Source: a virus. From it: DNA of 64,000 nt. Position 1 is the first letter of the stretch, and every line of letters starts with the position of its first letter. The stretch is from IMG/VR virus record IMGVR_UViG_3300017743_000002, positions 38,381 through 102,380 of that record; one strand, given 5' to 3'. The notes below the pieces were generated by a model. That model worked only from the letters and a program-made list of their open reading frames with translations. It was not told the origin of the DNA and made no database searches. Positions 58,954 through 64,000 of the stretch are shown in pieces. Position numbers and translations under genes: made by a program.

Positions 58954-59382
58954 TTATCCCTGTACTGTAAATGTTAGAGTTTCTAAATTAATATCTTCTC
59001 CTATTCTGAATTTAATTGAAACATTTAATTTATTGTTATCTCTTAATTCATCAGTTGATTCAATATCAATCTCCTCTGCTGTAACATAAGGTAGCCATTG
59101 TTCTAAACTTTCGTTTATAGTATCTTCTATTCTACCTTCTAAATCATCTACGTTTTGTTCAAACAATAATGATTGTAAACCACTACCAAATTGAGGTTGT
59201 AAAATACGTTCCCCCTTTTTAGTAAGTAGAAGATTTTTAATATTTGATTTAACTTGGTCTTTGGTTTGGAAAGATTGCTCGAATGTATTCTCACCAAATG
59301 TTAATGGTAAGGTAATACCAATTGCATAACTTGCAAACTCTTTGGTATCTTTTACAATTCTTCTTCCTAACTCAATTGCCAT
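58954..59382 (-). CDS. gp25: Baseplate wedge / sheath initiator (T4 gp25-like)
   Basis: QVKSNIKNLLLTKKGERILQPQFGSGLQSLLFEQ. Confidence 0.92.
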   Translation of the reverse strand: MAIELGRRIVKDTKEFASYAIGITLPLTFGENTFEQSFQTKDQVKSNIKNLLLTKKGERILQPQFGSGLQSLLFEQNVDDLEGRIEDTINESLEQWLPYVTAEEIDIESTDELRDNNKLNVSIKFRIGEDINLETLTFTVQG

Positions 59383-59388
59383 CTTTTA

Positions 59389-59874
59389 TTACATTCCTGG
59401 TCTCCAAGGACCTTTCTTTTTATCTACCGCTTTCATTAATTGTCTATAATCTTTACTTAACAATTTATTCATTCCAGCGTTTCCAGTTTGAACTGGTTGT
59501 GTGTAACCCATATTTTGTTGGATACTTTGTGCACCCAATGTATGTGTATCATTAGTGTTAAAGTTCATAGTTCTATAATCTTCGCCACTTGTTGCTTGTC
59601 TTTGTTGTGAGTTAAAAGGTTGTGTTTGTGCCAATACCTCATTTAGTGCTGCATTCTTGCTAAATGTTTTTTGTGGTTGAACTGGTTCTTCCACAACATT
59701 TGAATCCATAAATGTTGGTTCTTTTGGTGTAATAGCTTCTTTAAGTTTTTTGTTTTCTTTCAATAACTTAGCCATTTCTTTCTTAACACCCTCTTTAACG
59801 AGTTTGGGAAGAATCACTTTGATTTCCTCCTTAACTATTATTTGTATTGCTTTTACTAATTTATCAGTGTCCAT
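59389..59874 (-). CDS. Hypothetical late protein
   Basis: 161 aa. Late box at 59898-59905. Confidence 0.55.
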   Translation of the reverse strand: MDTDKLVKAIQIIVKEEIKVILPKLVKEGVKKEMAKLLKENKKLKEAITPKEPTFMDSNVVEEPVQPQKTFSKNAALNEVLAQTQPFNSQQRQATSGEDYRTMNFNTNDTHTLGAQSIQQNMGYTQPVQTGNAGMNKLLSKDYRQLMKAVDKKKGPWRPGM

Positions 59875-59928
59875 TGTATAAAATGTTTTCCTTTCTATAT
59901 AAATATTTGTTTTAGGTTTTTTCGTTTT

Positions 59929-60777
59929 TTACTTACACTTTGTTCCACCCATTTCTAATTGTGATATAAAATCAGGTAGAATATTTTCTAAATCATCATC
60001 TAATACATCCGATGGTATGGTTGTATCAATAACATTTTGAAGTGATGTATCTCCTTGAATTAGAGATGTTCCATCAGAATCCCCACTTTCATCATTTTCA
60101 TATTCTTGAATAGGTCCTAACTGAGATATAGGTTCATCATCTTCTTCTAATAACATTGCTGGTTCACTTCCATCTTCAGATGGGAAGTTTATATTTGGTA
60201 TAGGAATAGCTGGTGGGATTAGATATGCTGTCCAAGCTATTACTGCTGGAGCTGGTACTGGTGATGGTGCTGATGGATATAATGATGTTGTTTGTATAAA
60301 CCCACCTACTGAAAATAAATGTACAATAGCCGCAAGTATAAACATATTAACCATTATCTCTTGCTTAGATGCAGGTTTTATAGGTGGATACATAGGCCAA
60401 GTACCAACATTACTAGCTATATTTGAATTAACTGCTATGTTTTGAATTGTACCTGGTGCTGGTATAAGTGGGATTGGGAATGGGTTCATTTGAGCACCAG
60501 CCCAATATGCCTTTACACCATTTCCAAATTCATTTACCAAAGAAAAGTTTTGACCCGGTGGAGTTGCTAATCCTTTTAATAATGCTACTTTAAAAAGAGT
60601 TTCCATTATTGGTTTATTACCTCTATTGATTGATTCTTGATTTAGTAAATCCCTACCCCTCTTAACACACGCATCATATTCATCGGCCCAAATCTTTGCA
60701 ACTTTATTTACATCTAAAGTGTTATAGTTTGGATTTGTTTTCCTTAGTATGTTTCTTTTGAATAATCCCCAAGACAT
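59929..60777 (-). CDS. Hypothetical baseplate-hub-associated protein (282 aa; start revised from the ORF track)
   Basis: Likely start MSWGLFKRN at 60777, one base after the stop of 60779..61144. Pro-rich segments and an acidic tail. Confidence 0.55.
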   Translation of the reverse strand: MSWGLFKRNILRKTNPNYNTLDVNKVAKIWADEYDACVKRGRDLLNQESINRGNKPIMETLFKVALLKGLATPPGQNFSLVNEFGNGVKAYWAGAQMNPFPIPLIPAPGTIQNIAVNSNIASNVGTWPMYPPIKPASKQEIMVNMFILAAIVHLFSVGGFIQTTSLYPSAPSPVPAPAVIAWTAYLIPPAIPIPNINFPSEDGSEPAMLLEEDDEPISQLGPIQEYENDESGDSDGTSLIQGDTSLQNVIDTTIPSDVLDDDLENILPDFISQLEMGGTKCK

Positions 60778-60778
60778 T

Positions 60779-61144
60779 TTATGTAAGTGTTGAAATTGGT
60801 GAAGGTGGAATTTTTGGTAATCCTTTTTTTCTTTTTGGATTTTCTTCCAGCTTCTTTTTTCTAAATTTTGGAAGAGATGGTAATTTAGGTAATTTGATTT
60901 TAGGTAGCTTTGGTGGTTCTTTTGGCAATTCAAGTGTTTTAATAGGTATTCTTTGTGAATACCCACCAAGATCTTGAGAATTAACAACATCACCAACGTT
61001 TCCAGTAACATTAGATAGATTACTAACAACATTACCAGCTGCACTGGCTACCCCACTTACAGCACCAGTGGCTGAAGCTGCAGTAGTACCAGCAGTATCT
61101 TTTACTGAACCCAATCTTCCTTTTAAATCATTGTTTATTGCCAT
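60779..61144 (-). CDS. Hypothetical low-complexity protein (A/G/S-rich, then K/P-rich)
   Basis: 121 aa. Tightly coupled between the gp5-like gene and the 60777 start. Confidence 0.5.
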   Translation of the reverse strand: MAINNDLKGRLGSVKDTAGTTAASATGAVSGVASAAGNVVSNLSNVTGNVGDVVNSQDLGGYSQRIPIKTLELPKEPPKLPKIKLPKLPSLPKFRKKKLEENPKRKKGLPKIPPSPISTLT

Positions 61145-61145
61145 A

Positions 61146-62360
61146 CTATTTTAATTGAACATTATTACTTAACATTGTATTTAGTTTACTTTTTAATGTT
61201 GTAAATTGTGCTACATTAGTTGGACCAGGTGAAGATGGACCAGCTGGTGTTAAGTATATTTGTTGTGCTATTAAATCTATCATCTCACTCAACAATTCAA
61301 CCAATGTTTCACCTTTAGGAGCTGCTTCCAATGTACCATCCGTTCCTAATGCTATTGTACCATTACCAATATCAATATTAAAATCTCTATTTTTAGTATC
61401 AACAAATATGTGGTCATTGACTGTTAAATTCATTCCTCTATTACTATCTAATGAAAATTGACCATCGGTTATCATACCAATATCACCCTTACTAGCTAAA
61501 ATCATTTGAGATGTTTTTGCTGAAAGGATAATTCTATCAGAATTTAATAATATTTGATTACCCCTTAATTCATTTGGATAATCGAAAAAAGATTCTTTTT
61601 TGTTTTCTACTGGTAGTGTGTATTCTAGTAAAGCGTTTCCTCCACCCAAGAATATAATATTACCATCACCATTAATATCTTCTTCTACCAATACACCATC
61701 TTCTTTCTGCCTATTTTCTGGTGATTCTCCATTTCTTAAAATTAAAGAAGGAGAAAATTCGTTATCAGTATTATTGTACGCACTAAGTCTAATTGATTGT
61801 CCAAATCTACCTTGAAATAAAGTATCTCCTTCATATAATTTAAGTTTGTGAATACCTTCTTCAATACCAAAGTAATCACCAAAACCATCAAAATCATTTA
61901 CACTATTTGTGTTTGAACGAGTAATCCCAGTACTACTTACTTTAGAATAATTTTTTGATTTATTTCCAGTATCAGTTTCTTGAGTAGCTGGAAATAAACT
62001 TGATATTAAGTTTTCAGCGTTAGATGTATTTGGTGATAATCCTTTTGAAATCTGAGTATAAATGTATTCACTACCTAACTTTTGAATAAAAACAGTTTGA
62101 TTTCTAAGTGGTAGTATGGTAACTGATGAATCTAATGGTCTAGCAAATATTAATTCATTATTCTGAATATCACTTACTAATCTACATTGAATAGAACCAA
62201 CATCTGCTATTGTTCTTCTACCCTCTTTTATTTCAGGATGGTTTTCATCTAAAATAACAGAATATACAACAGCTATATCGCTCTGCTTTTCAAATGCATC
62301 AGCAACAGAAGAAGCTGCTTTAGCTACATTCCATAATAAGTTACCACCAAAAAAACTCAT
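61146..62360 (-). CDS. Baseplate hub / central spike protein (gp5-like, no lysozyme domain seen)
   Basis: N-terminal OB-like region, EGDTLFQGRFGQSIRL, QILLNSDRIILSAK beta repeats, and C-terminal GETLVELLSEMID...TPAGPS. Confidence 0.65.
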   Translation of the reverse strand: MSFFGGNLLWNVAKAASSVADAFEKQSDIAVVYSVILDENHPEIKEGRRTIADVGSIQCRLVSDIQNNELIFARPLDSSVTILPLRNQTVFIQKLGSEYIYTQISKGLSPNTSNAENLISSLFPATQETDTGNKSKNYSKVSSTGITRSNTNSVNDFDGFGDYFGIEEGIHKLKLYEGDTLFQGRFGQSIRLSAYNNTDNEFSPSLILRNGESPENRQKEDGVLVEEDINGDGNIIFLGGGNALLEYTLPVENKKESFFDYPNELRGNQILLNSDRIILSAKTSQMILASKGDIGMITDGQFSLDSNRGMNLTVNDHIFVDTKNRDFNIDIGNGTIALGTDGTLEAAPKGETLVELLSEMIDLIAQQIYLTPAGPSSPGPTNVAQFTTLKSKLNTMLSNNVQLK

Positions 62361-62756
62361 TTAACTTTCTATTTTTTGTTTTACTTCTTCTATTTCATTT
62401 TGTAAATCATCTACCCTACTAACTTCATCTTGAACTTGTTCAATCTCTGAAAGTAATTGTTCTCTTTCTTTATCAGTAAGGAAACCAGTATCTCCTTCTG
62501 ATTTTTGACTTGATGCTATAATTCTTTGTGCGATAGTTGCTAACTTAACCAATTGGTCATCATTACGAACTGATGTATCAATTAAGTCTTTGATGACTGG
62601 ACCTAAGATTCCCATATCACCATTGTGTCTTATCATTTTTCTGATTTCAAAGATGACTTCAGAAATATGTTTCTTTTTATTTATTTGATTATTATAGATA
62701 TCCTCAAACAACCCACTAAGGTTTTTGCCTGGGAATAATTCGAAATCTGTTGACAT
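62361..62756 (-). CDS. Hypothetical helical protein
   Basis: 131 aa with VRNDDQLVKLATIAQR. Late box at 62781-62788. Confidence 0.55.
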   Translation of the reverse strand: MSTDFELFPGKNLSGLFEDIYNNQINKKKHISEVIFEIRKMIRHNGDMGILGPVIKDLIDTSVRNDDQLVKLATIAQRIIASSQKSEGDTGFLTDKEREQLLSEIEQVQDEVSRVDDLQNEIEEVKQKIES

Positions 62757-62811
62757 AGTTTATTGGTATTGCGTTCAATATATAAATATCAATAAACAAA
62801 AAAGTATAGGA

Positions 62812-62946
62812 TTACCTACCCTGTCCTCTATATGCCTTTTTGTAGTTTCTACTATTTTTAGATTTTGAGGTCTTACACTTAGAGTGAATTCCTGGTCTCT
62901 TTTTTTTAGAAGTTCCAAAACGATTTGATGTAATTACTTTTGCCAT
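62812..62946 (-). CDS. Small basic protein (44 aa) ending YRGQGR
   Basis: Below the ORF-track cutoff. MAKVITSNRFGTSKKKRPGIHSKCKTSKSKNSRNYKKAYRGQGR. Late box TACTTATT at 62966-62973. Confidence 0.7.
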   Translation of the reverse strand: MAKVITSNRFGTSKKKRPGIHSKCKTSKSKNSRNYKKAYRGQGR

Positions 62947-62999
62947 AATATATTTAGATTATACCAATAAGTATATTATACCAACCCAAACAAAAACAA

Positions 63000-63530
63000 T
63001 CACTTATTCTTATAAAAAAATTCTAATATATCTCTTTCTAAAGTAACATCCATTACGAAGTTGTTACCATACATAATGCTGGTAAAGGTTTCTTCCTCTT
63101 CTTCTGCTATTTCAATAACATAATCTATCTCATCAAATGTTACTTTATAACTTTCACTTTTTTTGATTCTTTGTATGTTCTTATGTTCTGTTGTTCTTTC
63201 TATAACTTCCTTACCACTTATATCAGGTACATTTAAGAGTTGAGTTACACATTTAGCATAGTTTGTTTTAAGGGTATCTATAAAGAAGATATCATCCATC
63301 TTACTCATTAGATACAATCGTTGTTTTTTATCCAAACCACCCGCTTTAAAATCACCAGTGTATTGTACGATTGGTAAAGATAGTATTGCTTTTTGGGAAT
63401 CTTCTTTTAATTTTTTAAAATTTACTTTAGATTTTATTTGATGTGGATGATTAATATCTTTATCACATGGTAGTGCTAAAATATCATAGAATGTATTTGT
63501 ACCAAAGTGTTCTTGTATTAGAGGACTCAT
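63000..63530 (-). CDS. Hypothetical protein
   Basis: 176-aa ORF coupled to the upstream gene. Confidence 0.55.
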   Translation of the reverse strand: MSPLIQEHFGTNTFYDILALPCDKDINHPHQIKSKVNFKKLKEDSQKAILSLPIVQYTGDFKAGGLDKKQRLYLMSKMDDIFFIDTLKTNYAKCVTQLLNVPDISGKEVIERTTEHKNIQRIKKSESYKVTFDEIDYVIEIAEEEEETFTSIMYGNNFVMDVTLERDILEFFYKNK

Positions 63531-63532
63531 CG

Positions 63533-64000
63533 TTATTCTTTTTCAGTAGCATATTTTACACCCATAATTGTACCAACGATTGAGAATGCGTTAGTAAGGA
63601 GAATACCAAACATATTACTCCAAGTAGAACCAATGATTTGAGTATCAGTACCAGACATAAGTGCTAATCCATACATAACAGTTGTAAGAACACCAACACC
63701 AACAATTACATAAAGTGCAACTTTTACAATTGTACTGATTAATTCGAATTGGGTTTTCTTTTGCATTACTTCCAAATCTTCCAATGCCTTATCCTTACCT
63801 TTTTCAGCTTCTTCTCTTAACTGATTGGATTCTTCCAATGCTATTTGGAGTTCTTCCATCAATTCATCATTTTCTTTTTGTTTATTAACAAGTTCTTTAT
63901 TTTGTTGTTGAACTTGTTTAGTTACCTTTAATCTTTTTCTTCTTGATTCGGAATCCTTTTCCTTACAAAGTTTTAGATACTCTTCGAACTCAGTATCACC
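63533..64000 (-). CDS. Membrane protein (coiled coil + two C-terminal transmembrane helices), truncated at the right window edge
   Basis: The frame is open from 64000 (GDTEFEEYLKLCKEKDSESRRKRLKVTKQVQ...). Two hydrophobic helices near the C-terminus. Confidence 0.65.
   Translation of the reverse strand, partial: GDTEFEEYLKLCKEKDSESRRKRLKVTKQVQQQNKELVNKQKENDELMEELQIALEESNQLREEAEKGKDKALEDLEVMQKKTQFELISTIVKVALYVIVGVGVLTTVMYGLALMSGTDTQIIGSTWSNMFGILLTNAFSIVGTIMGVKYATEKE

Noticed and set aside
60779-61044. Possible programmed frameshift joining the 121-aa ORF to the downstream gene (in-frame A_AAA_AAG and A_AAA_AAA heptamers, 266-nt open overlap)
   Set aside because: The downstream ORF is in the +1 frame (TAA-A-ATG junction), so a -1 slip would not join them. 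The overlap is better explained by low-complexity sequence and a true start at 60777.
6257-62788. Canonical T4 late promoters (TATAAATA) on the plus strand
   Set aside because: They point away from the adjacent genes. The orientation flips at the single plus-strand gene, so the reverse complement is the functional sense.
1-64000. Stop-codon reassignment, tRNA genes, tail sheath/tube and tape-measure genes
   Set aside because: Genes are full length in the standard code. No intergenic gap shows a cloverleaf. No sheath, tube or tape-measure motifs were recognised in this window; they probably lie elsewhere in the genome.

Overview
An AT-rich segment of a large T4-like tailed phage with a myovirus-type baseplate. 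Almost all real genes are on the minus strand and use the standard genetic code. From left to right it carries: a truncated beta-helix/repeat virion protein; neck and tail-terminator genes; major capsid protein; scaffold; a block of probable internal head proteins; prohead protease; portal; large terminase; a 1129-aa nucleotidyltransferase plus RNA-ligase-like protein; a heptose/glycosylation cassette (HldA-like kinase, HldC-like nucleotidyltransferase, Aah/TibC-family protein O-heptosyltransferase, GT4-methyltransferase-GT25 fusion); tail-fibre chaperones; a 3357-aa fibre with cupredoxin-like and Hint domains; a small divergent ribbon-helix-helix (RHH) gene; UDP-glucose dehydrogenase; a fused Mre11-Rad50; primase; a GIY-YIG nuclease; and a baseplate cluster. 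Two promoter classes are visible: a TA(T/C)TTAT(A/T) late-type box and a 31-32 bp Bacteroidota-like box. Best candidate novel system: phage-encoded ADP-heptose supply plus a protein O-heptosyltransferase, paired with an (S/T)-(G/A/S)-S motif that is dense in exterior virion proteins and nearly absent from enzymes, which suggests a sugar-coated virion. Second candidate: a capsid-packaged, protease-processed NMNAT-like/RNA-ligase-like polyprotein. All family assignments come from recognising motifs by eye; no database search was run. No tRNA, rRNA or CRISPR array was seen.
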